Source of the DNA: an uncultured Rhodospirillaceae bacterium
Lineage (GTDB): Bacteria; Pseudomonadota; Alphaproteobacteria; UBA8366
Direction of reading: 5' to 3'
Assembly (NCBI GenBank): GCA_964469835.1
Contig: CAYYBI010000100.1
Coordinates: forward strand, 1-41,429
DNA: 41,429 nucleotides
Shown: positions 1 through 9,452 of the stretch, in pieces
How positions within the stretch are numbered: position 1 is the first letter of the stretch
Layout: each line of letters opens with the position of its first letter
Notes under the pieces: generated by a model
Database searches by the model: none
Seen by the model: the letters and a program-made list of their open reading frames with translations, nothing else
What the model was told of the DNA's origin: nothing
Translations under genes and position numbers: made by a program

Positions 1-699
1 GTTCTCGATGAACTGGTGCAGGACGGCTTTCAGATTGGCGAAGCTGATGTCCCGGTCAATTACCAGCCCTTCGACCTGGTGAAACATCGGTGTATGAGTC
101 TGGTCGGAGTCACATCGATAAACGCGGCCGGGGGCAATGATCCGAATCGGCACGCCCTCCTCGACCATCGATCGAATCTGGACTTGCGAAGTATGCGTTC
201 GCAGCAGATTACCGCCCGGAAAATAGAATGTGTCGTGCATCGCCCGGGCAGGATGATTGTCCGGAATATTCAGCGCGGTGAAATTGTGGAAATCGTCCTC
301 GATATCCGGCCCTTCCGCCACCGTGAAGCCCATCTCGCCGAGGATGGCGATCAATTCGTCGACCGTCTGGCTGATCGGATGCAACAGCCCCTGCCGCTCG
401 GGCCGGACCGGCAGCGTGACGTCGAGCGTCTCGCCCGTAAGGCTGGCTTCGAGCGACGCCGCCTCCAGCGTCTGCTTGCGGGTGTCGATGGCCTCCGCCA
501 CCGTGGTTTTCAGAGCATTGAGCGATTGTCCGGCGGTACGCCGCGCGTCGCCGTCTAGCGCCCCAAGCTCCTTCATCAACTCGGTCACGCGCCCTTTGCG
601 GCCCAAGGCGGCAACGCGGATCGACTCAAGCGCGGACAGATCCGCCGCCGCCCCGACGGCGGCGAGCAATTCCTCCCGAATCTGGTCGAGATTCTCCAT
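1..699 (-). CDS. pheS: phenylalanine--tRNA ligase alpha subunit, N-terminal 233 codons (gene runs off the window start)
   Basis: Hand translation of the minus strand from the ATG at 699 gives MENLDQIREELLAAVGAAADLSALESIRVAALGRKGRVTELMKELG...HPARAMHDTFYF...LRTHTSQVQIRSM...PGRVYRCDSDQTHTPMFHQVEGL. These are classic PheS class II motifs. The frame is open to position 1. It sits downstream of rplT as in the conserved infC-rpmI-rplT-pheST cluster. It is absent from the ORF track because it has no stop in the window. Confidence 0.9.
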   Translation of the reverse strand, partial: MENLDQIREELLAAVGAAADLSALESIRVAALGRKGRVTELMKELGALDGDARRTAGQSLNALKTTVAEAIDTRKQTLEAASLEASLTGETLDVTLPVRPERQGLLHPISQTVDELIAILGEMGFTVAEGPDIEDDFHNFTALNIPDNHPARAMHDTFYFPGGNLLRTHTSQVQIRSMVEEGVPIRIIAPGRVYRCDSDQTHTPMFHQVEGLVIDRDISFANLKAVLHQFIEN

Positions 700-750
700 C
701 ATGCACGCCCAGTGGTGTGACCCGGCGGCGACCCGCCACCGGCTCCCGCG

Positions 751-1107
751 TTATTTCAGTGCCGCTTGCGCCTGTTCCGCCAGCGACTTGAACGCGTCCG
801 GCTCGCGCACCGCGAGATCGGCGAGAATCTTCCGGTCAAGCTCGACACCGGCTTTCTTCATGCCACTGATAAACTGCGAATAGGTCAGGCCGCACTCACG
901 CGCGGCGGCATTGATCCGCTGGATCCACAGCGCCCGAAAGGTGCGCTTGCGGACGCGGCGATCGCGATAGGCGTATTGCGCGTCCTTATGGACACGCTGG
1001 ATGGCGGCGCGGAAGGTATTCTTCGAACGGCCGCGCGATCCTTTGGCCTTTTTCAGAACTTTCTTGTGACGGGCGTGCGTCGTCACGCCGCGTTTAACAC
1101 GTGCCAT
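751..1107 (-). CDS. rplT: 50S ribosomal protein L20
   Basis: 118-aa [29 protein letters not shown]...AYRDRR.RKR.FR.LWI.RINAAAR is the hallmark L20 sequence. It lies 14 nt downstream of rpmI. Confidence 0.97.
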   Translation of the reverse strand: MARVKRGVTTHARHKKVLKKAKGSRGRSKNTFRAAIQRVHKDAQYAYRDRRVRKRTFRALWIQRINAAARECGLTYSQFISGMKKAGVELDRKILADLAVREPDAFKSLAEQAQAALK

Positions 1108-1121
1108 GCTTCAGCCCTCCG

Positions 1122-1322
1122 TCACACGTTGCGCAGGAAATTGCGCTTAACGATCCGCGCATCGGCGGCGCACATGATTTGCGTGCCCCGATTGGTTCGC
1201 TTCATCTTTTGAGAGCGGCGGCGCAGCATATGGTTCAGGCCGGCGCTGCTAAAACGGACCTTCCCCTTGGCGGTGAGCTTGAAGCGCTTCTTCGCACTCG
1301 CCTTGTTCTTCAATTTGGGCAT
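1122..1322 (-). CDS. rpmI: 50S ribosomal protein L35
   Basis: 66-aa basic ORF MPKLKNKASAKKRFKLTAKGKV... is a typical L35 N-terminus. It is immediately upstream of rplT. Confidence 0.95.
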   Translation of the reverse strand: MPKLKNKASAKKRFKLTAKGKVRFSSAGLNHMLRRRSQKMKRTNRGTQIMCAADARIVKRNFLRNV

Positions 1323-1527
1323 TTTCAGACCTCATCGCTGACAATTGGAGGAGTGTTGTCTTGTACGGACGGGCGGGCATACCCAGTGAGCCGGCCGCGT
1401 CCTGTTGGCCCCTTCATGCGGGACGCGGCGTTATAGACCCGTGGCCGCCGCGATGCAAGGCGGAAGGCTTGACGCGGCCCGTATTTACCGTCCGAATGGG
1501 CCGGAAACGCGAGGAGGGGCCCATAAG

Positions 1528-2298
1528 ATGGAATTGGAATTGTCCGGCAAGCGGGTTCTTATCACCGGCGCGTCCCGCGGTATCGGCCGAGCCGTCGCCG
1601 AGACCCTGGCCGCCGAGGGGGGCAGCCTGGACCTGGCCGCGCGCAGCGAGGCCGATCTCGCAACCGCGCGGGACGAGATCAATGACCGCTACGGCGTGCA
1701 AGTGACGATCCACCCGGGCGACCTCAGCAAGGCCGAAACGCAGGACGCCCTGGCCAAGGCAACCGCCGGCATCGACATTCTGGTCAACAACGCCGGGGCG
1801 ATCCCACGCGGCACCATCGACGAGATCGACGACGCCACCTGGCGCGAGGCCTGGGACCTCAAGGTCTTCGGCTTCATCAATCTGTGCCGCGCCCATTATC
1901 CGGCGATGCGGGCACGGGGCGACGGGGTCATCGTCAATATAATCGGCGGCGCCGGCAAACGGCCGTCGCCCGGCTATGTCGCCGGCAGTGTCGGCAATGC
2001 GGCCATGATGGCCCTGACCCAGGCGCTCGGCCGGGAAAGCATCGATCACGGCGTGCGCGTGGTCGCCATCAACCCCGGCCCGATCGAGACCGACCGGCTG
2101 GTGACCCTGCAACGGTACGCGGCAAAAAAGAAATTCGGCGATCCCGAGCGCTGGCGCGAATTGACGCGCGACATGCCCGCCGGCCGCCCGGGCAGGTCGG
2201 AGGAATGCGCCGATGTGGTGGCCTTTCTCGCCAGCAACCGGGCATCCTGGGTCAACGGCGTCGTTGTGCAAGTCGATGGCGGCGGATTTTTGCGATAA
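1528..2298 (+). CDS. short-chain dehydrogenase/reductase family protein (divergent active-site region)
   Basis: In-frame ATG at 1528 is preceded by GAGGAGG (1511-1517). The product starts MELELSGKRVLITGASRGIGRAV (TGxxxGxG Rossmann motif) and carries an NNAG motif. The upstream extension to 1405 in the track has no SD and overlaps the rpmI leader. By eye the classical S...YxxxK is replaced by IIGGAG...YVAGSVGN. Confidence 0.85.
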   Translation: MELELSGKRVLITGASRGIGRAVAETLAAEGGSLDLAARSEADLATARDEINDRYGVQVTIHPGDLSKAETQDALAKATAGIDILVNNAGAIPRGTIDEIDDATWREAWDLKVFGFINLCRAHYPAMRARGDGVIVNIIGGAGKRPSPGYVAGSVGNAAMMALTQALGRESIDHGVRVVAINPGPIETDRLVTLQRYAAKKKFGDPERWRELTRDMPAGRPGRSEECADVVAFLASNRASWVNGVVVQVDGGGFLR

Positions 2299-2331
2299 AC
2301 TTCTACGACAAACAGCGGAGACTTTAACGGC

Positions 2332-3096
2332 ATGACGGAAGCCTGCGTCACCACGACATTCGAAGAACTTGGCGGCGGACGGATTGCCCGGGTCACCCTG
2401 CAAAATGCCCGACGCGCCAACTGCCTCAGCAAGGCGCTGATCATCGAGATCGGCGACGCCTTTCGCGCCTTGGCGCCGCTCGAAGATTTGCGCGCCGCCA
2501 TCCTGACCGGGGCCGGCGACCGCGCCTTTATGGCGGGCGCCGACCTGGCTGAATTGGGATCCGCGGATGCGGAGGCCGGGCGCGATTTCATCACCACGCT
2601 GCAGCAAACCCATCAGGCGATCCGCGACCTGCCGGTGCCGGTAATTGCCCGCATCAATGGCGCCTGCATGGGCGCCGGTCTCGAAATGGCGGCGTCCTGC
2701 GACCTTCGGATCGCCTCGGACAATGCCCGTTTTTCGATGCCGGAAGTCATCATCGACCTGCCATCCGTGATCGAAGCCGCCCTGTTCCCGCGGCTGATCG
2801 GCTGGGGACGCACCGCCTGGCTGCTGTATCGTGGCGATGCGATCGACGCGGCGACCGCGGCCGACTGGGGTCTGGTGGAGAAATCCGTGCCGCAGGACCG
2901 GCTCGACGCGGCGGTCGGCGAACTTGTCGAGACCATTGCCGCGAACGGCCCGACCGGCATCCGGCTGCAGAAAAAATTGATGCGCGACTGGGAACGGCTG
3001 CCGCTCGACGACGGTATTCATGCCGGTATCGAGGCACTGACCGAAGCCTATCGCACCGGCGACCCGCGCGGCCGCATCGCCGCGTACCGAAAATGA
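2332..3096 (+). CDS. enoyl-CoA hydratase/isomerase (crotonase) family protein
   Basis: 254 aa with crotonase signatures: GAGDRAFMAGADL and ARINGACMGAGLEMAASCDLRIA. It starts 33 nt after the SDR gene on the same strand. Confidence 0.85.
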   Translation: MTEACVTTTFEELGGGRIARVTLQNARRANCLSKALIIEIGDAFRALAPLEDLRAAILTGAGDRAFMAGADLAELGSADAEAGRDFITTLQQTHQAIRDLPVPVIARINGACMGAGLEMAASCDLRIASDNARFSMPEVIIDLPSVIEAALFPRLIGWGRTAWLLYRGDAIDAATAADWGLVEKSVPQDRLDAAVGELVETIAANGPTGIRLQKKLMRDWERLPLDDGIHAGIEALTEAYRTGDPRGRIAAYRK

Positions 3097-3152
3097 CGCT
3101 ATTATACCCGCCGCCGTTGCCAATCAACGACGCCAAAGAGGAGAGCTAAGCC

Positions 3153-3770
3153 ATGCCGGACGACCAGGTATCTTCGCCCGATGGATTACGTGAAACCTAC
3201 GCCATGCCGCAGGGCCGCGCGGTCGCCAAACAGATGGACCGGCTCGACGAGCATTGCCGCGCCTTTATCGCGCTGTCGCCGTTCTTCCTGCTCTCGACCG
3301 CGGGGGCCGATGGCCGGCTCGACTGCTCGCCCCGCGGCGACCTGCCCGGCTTTGTCCGGACGCCGGACGACCGCACGCTGCTTCTGCCCGACCGGCCCGG
3401 CAACAACCGTTTGGATTCACTGACGAACATCGCGGAAAATCCGCAAGTTGGGCTGCTGTTTCTGGTGCCCGGCTTCAACGACACCGTACGGGTGAACGGC
3501 CGGGCGGTCATATCGACCGACGCCGCGCTCTGCGCCGAATTCGCCGTGAACGGCAAACCGGCCCGGTCGGTGATCCGGGTCACGGTGCACGAGGCCTATT
3601 TCCATTGCGCAAAGGCATTGATGCGATCCCGGCTCTGGTCGCCGGACGCCCAGCAGGACCGAACCGAATTCACGTCCTTCAGCCGCATCCTTGCGGACCA
3701 GACGGGCGAGGGCAACGCGAATGAATCGGACGCGGAAGTCGCCGAGCGAAATCGCAAGCAAATGTGGTAG
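3153..3770 (+). CDS. PPOX-class (pyridoxamine 5'-phosphate oxidase-like, split beta-barrel) flavoprotein
   Basis: 205 aa. The pattern ...HCRAFIALSPFFLLSTAGADGRLDCSPRGD.PGFV...LLLPDRPGNNRLDSL.NI..NP.VGLLFLVPG...T.RVNG matches my recollection of the MSMEG_1061-type FMN-dependent PPOX family. Confidence 0.75.
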   Translation: MPDDQVSSPDGLRETYAMPQGRAVAKQMDRLDEHCRAFIALSPFFLLSTAGADGRLDCSPRGDLPGFVRTPDDRTLLLPDRPGNNRLDSLTNIAENPQVGLLFLVPGFNDTVRVNGRAVISTDAALCAEFAVNGKPARSVIRVTVHEAYFHCAKALMRSRLWSPDAQQDRTEFTSFSRILADQTGEGNANESDAEVAERNRKQMW

Positions 3771-3840
3771 CGGAAACGCCGCGAATTGTTGAGCCTTAGA
3801 GCAGCTATGGGCGCCTTCGATCGGTGACCGCCGAGGCCGT

Positions 3841-4377
3841 CTACCGCGGCGTCAGGATCATGATCATTTGCCGGCCTTCCATTTGCGGCATCTGCTCGAC
3901 TTTTGCCATTTCGTCGGTTTCCTCGCGAACCCGGTTCAGCACCTTCAACCCAAGATGCTGATGCACCATTTCGCGGCCGCGAAATCGCAGCGTGACCTTC
4001 ACCTTGTTGCCCTCATCGAGAAACCGCCGCATCGCCCGCATCTTCACCTCGTAATCGTGTTGTTCGATGTTCGGGCGGAATTTCACTTCCTTGACGTCGA
4101 TCGTTTTTTGCTTCTTGCGGGCTTCGCTCTTTTTTTTCTGATTTTCGTATTTGAGCTTGCCGAAATCCTGAATCTTGCAAACGGGCGGAACGACACCGGG
4201 CGAAACTTCAACCAGATCGAGCCCGACACTGGCGGCGCGTTCGATCGCATCCCCCCGCGCCAGCACGCCGAGCTGTTCGCCATTTTCGTCGATTACGCGG
4301 ACCTCAACCGCCTCGATAAGTTCATTGACGCGCGGGCCTTCGCGGACCGGCGTCTGCGTAAAGGGTCTCCTGGCTAT
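3841..4377 (-). CDS. infC: translation initiation factor IF-3, initiating at a non-canonical ATA codon
   Basis: The track ORF (3841..4266, GTG) is truncated. The frame stays open upstream and reads (I/M)[47 protein letters not shown]..., a full IF-3 N-terminus. The ATA at 4377-4375 is preceded by GAGGA about 8 nt upstream. No ATG, GTG or TTG lies in frame between it and the next upstream stop. IF-3 genes classically use AUU/AUA starts. Confidence 0.9.
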   Translation of the reverse strand: MARRPFTQTPVREGPRVNELIEAVEVRVIDENGEQLGVLARGDAIERAASVGLDLVEVSPGVVPPVCKIQDFGKLKYENQKKKSEARKKQKTIDVKEVKFRPNIEQHDYEVKMRAMRRFLDEGNKVKVTLRFRGREMVHQHLGLKVLNRVREETDEMAKVEQMPQMEGRQMIMILTPR

Positions 4378-4434
4378 AGAACAATCCTCATCGTTGTTGC
4401 AGTTATTTGAATGATTTCAATAAGGTCGGCGAGA

Positions 4435-6387
4435 TCAACCACCCGGCGCCGCCGACTCCTCCACAAGTCTATTAATTGCTCGCTCCAGCGCAAGAAATTC
4501 TTGCTGCTTACCACCAAGGCGGCGCAGGGCAACGGTGCCTTCCTCGGCTTCCCGCTTTCCCACGACAAGGATCGCCGGCACTTTCGCGAGTGAATGTTCT
4601 CGCACCTTATAGTTAATTTTTTCATTCCTTTTGTCGATATTTACGCGAATTCCAGCATCGCGGCAGGCCGCCGTCACCTTTGCCGCATAATCATCGGCAT
4701 CGCTGGTGATCGTCGCCACGACCGCCTGCACCGGCGACAGCCAAAGCGGCAATCGGCCGGCGTAATGTTCGATCAGCACGCCCAGGAACCGTTCGAACGA
4801 CCCCAGAATGGCCCGGTGCAGCATGACCGGCCGGTGTTTCTGTCCATCCTCGCCGACAAAGGACGCATCGAGCCGTTCCGGCAGCACGAAATCGACCTGC
4901 AGCGTTCCGCACTGCCAGTCGCGGCCGATTGCGTCGCGCAGGACGAATTCGAGCTTGGGACCATAAAACGCCCCTTCGCCGGGATTCAGCGTATAAGCAA
5001 GTCCGGCCGCCTCGGTCGCTTCCTTCAGCGACGTTTCCGCCCGCGTCCAGGTTTCGTCCGAGCCCGCCCTGACCTCCGGCCGGTCGGAGAATTTCACCAG
5101 AACGTCCTCGAACCCGAAATCCCGATAGATCGACGTCAGCAGCCCGCAAAATTTTTCCGTCTCGCCGACAATCTGATCTTCGGTGCAAAAGATATGCGCA
5201 TCGTCCTGGGTGAAGGCGCGCACGCGCATCAGCCCATGCAGCGCGCCGGACGGCTCGTTGCGGTGACAGGACCCGAACTCGGCCATGCGGATGGGAAGAT
5301 CGCGGTAGCTTTTCAGGCCCTGCCGGAAGATCTGCACATGACAGGGGCAGTTCATCGGTTTCAGCGCGAGGGTCTTGTTGCCTTCATCCTCCGCCGTGAA
5401 CATATGTTCGCGGAATTTTTCCCAGTGTCCGGATTGCTCCCACAATATCCGGTCGACCATTTGCGGCGTCTTGACCTCGACATAGCCGGCATCGTCCAGC
5501 CGGCGGCGCATGTAATCCTCGGCGATCCGATACAGCGTCCAGCCCTTGGGATGCCAAAAGATGCTGCCCGCCGCCTCTTCCTGAATATGAAACAAATCCA
5601 TCTCACGGCCGAGCCGGCGATGATCGCGTTTTTCGGCCTCTTCCAGCCGGTGCAGATAGGCCTTCAGTTCTTTGTCTGTGCGCCAACACGTGCCGTAAAT
5701 GCGTTGCAGCTGCGGCTTGGTCGGATCGCCGCGCCAATAGGCGCCCGCCAGCTTCATCAGCTTGAAGGAGGTGCCGAGCTTGCCGGTCGACGGCAGGTGC
5801 GGCCCGGTGCACAGGTCCAGCCAATCGCCTTGCCGGTAGATCGAGATGTCCGCGTCTTCCGGCAGCGTCTCGACATGTTCCGCTTTGAAACTTTCACCGG
5901 CGTCGCGAAAATGCGCGACCGCCGCCGCGCGGTCCCAGACTTCCCGGGTGATCGCCTCGTCGCGGCCAACGATCTCGCGCATCCGCGCCTCGATCTTTTC
6001 GAAATCATCCGGCGTGAACGGTTCGTCACGGTGGAAATCGTAATAAAATCCATCATCGATCGACGGTCCGAAAGTGATCTGCGTGCCGGGATACAGTTCC
6101 TGCACCGCCTCGGCCAACACATGGGCGCAGTCATGGCGCAGAAGCTCAAGCGCGCCGTCGCTGTCCCGCGTCACGATTTCCACATCGGCATCCGCCGTGA
6201 TCGGGCGATTCAGATCCCGGTCCGCACCGTTCACCCGGATCATCACCGCGGCCTTGGCCAACCCCGGCCCGATATCGGCCGCGACTTCCGCTCCCGTTAC
6301 CGGGTGATCGAATTGGCGCACGCTGCCGTCCGGCAAGGTGATCGCCACCGGTCCGTTCTGCGCGTCGTTTTCTCCGGTTTTCGCCAT
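4435..6387 (-). CDS. thrS: threonine--tRNA ligase
   Basis: 650 aa with an N-terminal TGS domain ([21 protein letters not shown]) and the editing-domain HxxxH region ([12 protein letters not shown]). The class II core includes [40 protein letters not shown]. It is directly upstream of infC. Confidence 0.97.
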   Translation of the reverse strand: MAKTGENDAQNGPVAITLPDGSVRQFDHPVTGAEVAADIGPGLAKAAVMIRVNGADRDLNRPITADADVEIVTRDSDGALELLRHDCAHVLAEAVQELYPGTQITFGPSIDDGFYYDFHRDEPFTPDDFEKIEARMREIVGRDEAITREVWDRAAAVAHFRDAGESFKAEHVETLPEDADISIYRQGDWLDLCTGPHLPSTGKLGTSFKLMKLAGAYWRGDPTKPQLQRIYGTCWRTDKELKAYLHRLEEAEKRDHRRLGREMDLFHIQEEAAGSIFWHPKGWTLYRIAEDYMRRRLDDAGYVEVKTPQMVDRILWEQSGHWEKFREHMFTAEDEGNKTLALKPMNCPCHVQIFRQGLKSYRDLPIRMAEFGSCHRNEPSGALHGLMRVRAFTQDDAHIFCTEDQIVGETEKFCGLLTSIYRDFGFEDVLVKFSDRPEVRAGSDETWTRAETSLKEATEAAGLAYTLNPGEGAFYGPKLEFVLRDAIGRDWQCGTLQVDFVLPERLDASFVGEDGQKHRPVMLHRAILGSFERFLGVLIEHYAGRLPLWLSPVQAVVATITSDADDYAAKVTAACRDAGIRVNIDKRNEKINYKVREHSLAKVPAILVVGKREAEEGTVALRRLGGKQQEFLALERAINRLVEESAAPGG

Positions 6388-6442
6388 GATCCAATCCGAC
6401 TTTCAGCCCTTCGCCGGCGCCAACCGCCGGCCGCGTCTCCCT

Positions 6443-7414
6443 TTAGCGCAAGCGCAAGGCCGCTTCAACCTCGGCGACCGAAAGCCCGGCCAGCGGCGCC
6501 TTCCGCAAGACCGCCACATCGGCGCCGCGCGCTGCGCACAGCGCCGGGTCGGACGCATCGGAAAACAGTACCACCGAGCGGCAACCGACCGCTGCGGCGA
6601 GGTGCATCGGCCCGGTATCGTTGCCGACCGCCGCGGCGGCACGCCGGGCCAAACCGCCGAGCTGCAACAGCGACGTCTGTCCGGCCAGATCGAGCGCACC
6701 CGGGCAGACAGCGGAGATTTCGGCAATCGCTGCCTGGTCTGTCGCGGCACCGGACAGAACCGGCCGGTATCCCGCCGCCAACAGGCGATTTGCCAATTCC
6801 CCATATAACGGCGCCGGCCATCGCTTTGCTGGTCGGTGTGCCGCCCCACCCGGCACGATCAGCACGAACGGTTCGGTCAGCCCCGCAGCCGGCAGTGCGG
6901 CATCCAGCCATGCGAGGTCGGGTGGCGGCACGGCCGCAATGCCGGCCATGGCGAGCTGTTCCGCTTGCCGGTCGACGGTATGCATGAGATCCCGTTCCGG
7001 ATTGGCATGGGGATGCGAACACCCCGAGACAATGCCCGACCAATCCGGATGCGGGCTGCGCAGCAGCCGGAAATACCAGCCGCTGCGGTCCGAGGTCTGT
7101 AAATCGTAGACCCGCGCAAAGCCCGCCTGCCGCATCCAGCCGCGGAATTCCATCCACCGCCCAACGTGCCACCAAGGCATCCGTTCATCGAGGCGGATTT
7201 CGTCGATCCAAGGGCACGCCGCTGCCAATGACGAAAATGGCGCTGTCGTCAGAAGCGTGATCCGTGCGGCGGGATGATGGCGCCGGATCGCCTGCATCGG
7301 CGCAAGGGCCTGCACGAAATCGCCCAATGCGCCCAGTTTGATAATGAGAATTCGCACTGGCTTGCCGGCCGCTGGAAGCGCATCGCGATCAGAGTCTTGC
7401 GGGCCGGCCGTCAC
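6443..7414 (-). CDS. glycosyltransferase family 9 (ADP-heptose:LPS heptosyltransferase-like)
   Basis: 323 aa. VRILIIKLGALGDFVQALP... is the typical GT9 N-terminus, and the C-terminal GNDTGPMHLAAA motif is present. The GTG start overlaps the stop of the upstream GT4 gene (GTGA). An alternative GTG at 7357 is possible. Confidence 0.8.
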   Translation of the reverse strand: MTAGPQDSDRDALPAAGKPVRILIIKLGALGDFVQALAPMQAIRRHHPAARITLLTTAPFSSLAAACPWIDEIRLDERMPWWHVGRWMEFRGWMRQAGFARVYDLQTSDRSGWYFRLLRSPHPDWSGIVSGCSHPHANPERDLMHTVDRQAEQLAMAGIAAVPPPDLAWLDAALPAAGLTEPFVLIVPGGAAHRPAKRWPAPLYGELANRLLAAGYRPVLSGAATDQAAIAEISAVCPGALDLAGQTSLLQLGGLARRAAAAVGNDTGPMHLAAAVGCRSVVLFSDASDPALCAARGADVAVLRKAPLAGLSVAEVEAALRLR

Positions 7415-8619
7415 GCCGATGCTGCTGCCCCCGGGGCCAGGATCTCCCGGTAAAGGTTGAGCGTTTCGTTACACATGCGGGTCTTGGAAAACCGGACCTG
7501 GACGTTTTCGATCGCGGCATTGGAAAGTAGTTCGCGCGCGCCCGTATCGAGCGACAGCGCAGTGGCAAGCGCGCTTGCGAGCTGCTCCACGTTGCCGGGC
7601 TCGAACAGCCAGCCGGTCTGGCCAGGCAGGATGAGTTCCTCACTGGCCCCGTGCGCCGCGCCGACAACCGGCTTGCCCATCGCCTGTGCTTCAACCATGA
7701 CGCGGCCGAAGGCTTCCGGATCGGTGGAGGCAGACACGACGACGTCGGCGAGCTTATAGGCCGCTGGCATGTCTGAACACTCGCCCACGATATGGACCAC
7801 GCTGTCCAGGTTTCGGCGGTGAACCAGCCGCTCCAGCTCGCGCCGGTACTTCGTGCGGCCCTGGTCGTCGCCAACCAGGAGGCAGCGCACATTGCCGTCG
7901 CCGAGCCGGGCCAACGCCTCGATCAGCAATGCCTGACCCTTCCATCGAGTCAGCCGGGCCGGCAACAGAACCACAGGGATGCCGTCAGGCAGCCGCCATT
8001 GATTGGCGAGTTGAATCACCCGCACCGCAGGCACTTTCTGCGGATCGAAAATCTCCATGTTCACGCCGCGATAGATAACGCGGATCTTTGCCGGGTCGGT
8101 CTTATAGTTCTTGACCATATGGTCGGCGATGAATTGCGAGATGGCGATAACCCGCTCGCCCCGGGTCATAACCGAGTTGTAGAGCTTCTTGAAGGGAGGG
8201 CCGAGATTGTAGGTGCCGTGGAAGGTGGTGATGAAATGCGTCCCTGTGCGCCGGCTGGCGAACAGCGCGGACCATGCCGGTGCACGGCTGCGCGCATGGA
8301 CAATATCGACGCCGTTGGCACGAATGACATCAGCCAGACGCCGGGCATTACGCCGGATCGCGAAGGGGCTTTTCGTCGCCAATGGCAGAGTAATATGTTC
8401 GGCGCCGACTCGTTGCAGTTCATTGGTCATGCGGCCGCCCTCGGAAGCAACCAGCGATCGGCCGCCCGCTTGCGCGATGGCGCCGGCGATATCCACCGTA
8501 CCCCGCTCGACACCGCCGGTCACCAGTTCCGGCAGAACCTGCAGGATGACCGGTGCCCGGGCCGCGTCACCGCTGGCCGAAGCCAGAGACGGCATGGTAG
8601 TTTCGATAGAATCAGCCAT
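7411..8619 (-). CDS. glycosyltransferase family 4 (GT-B fold)
   Basis: Has the GT4 C-terminal E-x7-E region (STDPEAFGRVMVEAQAMGKPVVGAAHGASEELI) and an N-terminal GGVERG motif. The start is uncertain, with candidates at 8619 (ATG), 8655 (ATG) and 8682 (GTG). Confidence 0.8.
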   Translation of the reverse strand: MADSIETTMPSLASASGDAARAPVILQVLPELVTGGVERGTVDIAGAIAQAGGRSLVASEGGRMTNELQRVGAEHITLPLATKSPFAIRRNARRLADVIRANGVDIVHARSRAPAWSALFASRRTGTHFITTFHGTYNLGPPFKKLYNSVMTRGERVIAISQFIADHMVKNYKTDPAKIRVIYRGVNMEIFDPQKVPAVRVIQLANQWRLPDGIPVVLLPARLTRWKGQALLIEALARLGDGNVRCLLVGDDQGRTKYRRELERLVHRRNLDSVVHIVGECSDMPAAYKLADVVVSASTDPEAFGRVMVEAQAMGKPVVGAAHGASEELILPGQTGWLFEPGNVEQLASALATALSLDTGARELLSNAAIENVQVRFSKTRMCNETLNLYREILAPGAAASA

Positions 8620-8660
8620 TCGGCTTTGCCCTAATCCTTGCCCGACAAAGGACATATCGC

Positions 8661-9452
8661 TTGACGCGGCAACCGGCAACACTCGAACGCAATGCGGCTA
8701 TCCGGATCGCGTATTTTCACACCCCAGGGATCGCGCCCGGCGTGTTATTCTGTACCGGTTTCAAATCGGACATGTCCGGCGGCAAGGCGCTCGCCCTCGA
8801 GCGGCATTGCCAGACGCATGGCCGGCAGATGACCCGCTTCGACTATCAGGGCCATGGCCGATCATCCGGCGATTTCATCGACGGGACAATCGGCAAATGG
8901 CTGGCCGATACCCTGGCAGTGCTCGATTCGGTGACGAAAGGGCCGCAAATCGTGGTCGGCTCATCGCTCGGCGGGTGGATCGGGCTGCTCGCAGCCATTG
9001 CCCGGCCCGAGCGCGTGCGGGGCTTCATTGGCATCGCGCCAGCCATCGATATGACCCGGCGGCTTTGGCAGCGTGCGGACGAAGCAACGAAAACGCGGCT
9101 GCGCCAAGACGGCGTCTGGATGCGGCCGTCGGAGTATGATCCGGCCGGTTATCCGATCACGCTCCGCCTGATCGAAGAAGGCGTCGACCATCTTCTGCTT
9201 CCGGGACCGATTCCTTTCGATGGGCCCGTCCGGCTCCTGCACGGCCAGCGCGACGATGCCGTTCCGTGGCGGCTATCCATCGAAATCGCCGAAGCGCTGC
9301 GGAGCGATCGCGTCGAGGTGTCGTTGATCAAGGACGGCGACCACCGGCTTTCCGGAGACGCCGATATCGCGCGGCTGCTGCACGCGGTCGAGACAATTTG
9401 TGGGGAACTGGGGGCAGGTGAGCCGGCGGCCGGTCAATTGGACGAAGCCTGA
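8661..9452 (+). CDS. alpha/beta hydrolase
   Basis: 263 aa with an HG oxyanion region (FDYQGHGRSSG), a GSSLGG nucleophile elbow and a late DGDH motif. The start is a TTG in the track and is uncertain. Confidence 0.75.
   Translation: MTRQPATLERNAAIRIAYFHTPGIAPGVLFCTGFKSDMSGGKALALERHCQTHGRQMTRFDYQGHGRSSGDFIDGTIGKWLADTLAVLDSVTKGPQIVVGSSLGGWIGLLAAIARPERVRGFIGIAPAIDMTRRLWQRADEATKTRLRQDGVWMRPSEYDPAGYPITLRLIEEGVDHLLLPGPIPFDGPVRLLHGQRDDAVPWRLSIEIAEALRSDRVEVSLIKDGDHRLSGDADIARLLHAVETICGELGAGEPAAGQLDEA

Noticed and set aside
1414-3123. 569-aa minus-strand ORF
   Set aside because: It is antisense to the SDR and crotonase genes. Its composition is Gly/Arg/Ala/Pro-rich with no recognisable domain, so I treat it as a shadow ORF.
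6388-6442. Hairpin GCCGGCG-GTTGG-CGCCGGC in the thrS leader as a tRNA-Thr anticodon-arm mimic operator (E. coli-style autoregulation) or terminator
   Set aside because: The loop is 5 nt and contains no Thr anticodon (NGU) in an anticodon-loop context. No U-tract follows. It is probably just a stable GC stem between the GT9 gene and thrS.
4594-6987. 797-aa plus-strand ORF spanning thrS and the GT9 gene
   Set aside because: It is antisense to two confidently identified genes. The product is Arg/Pro/Ala-rich low-complexity sequence with no motifs. This is a typical shadow ORF of GC-rich DNA.
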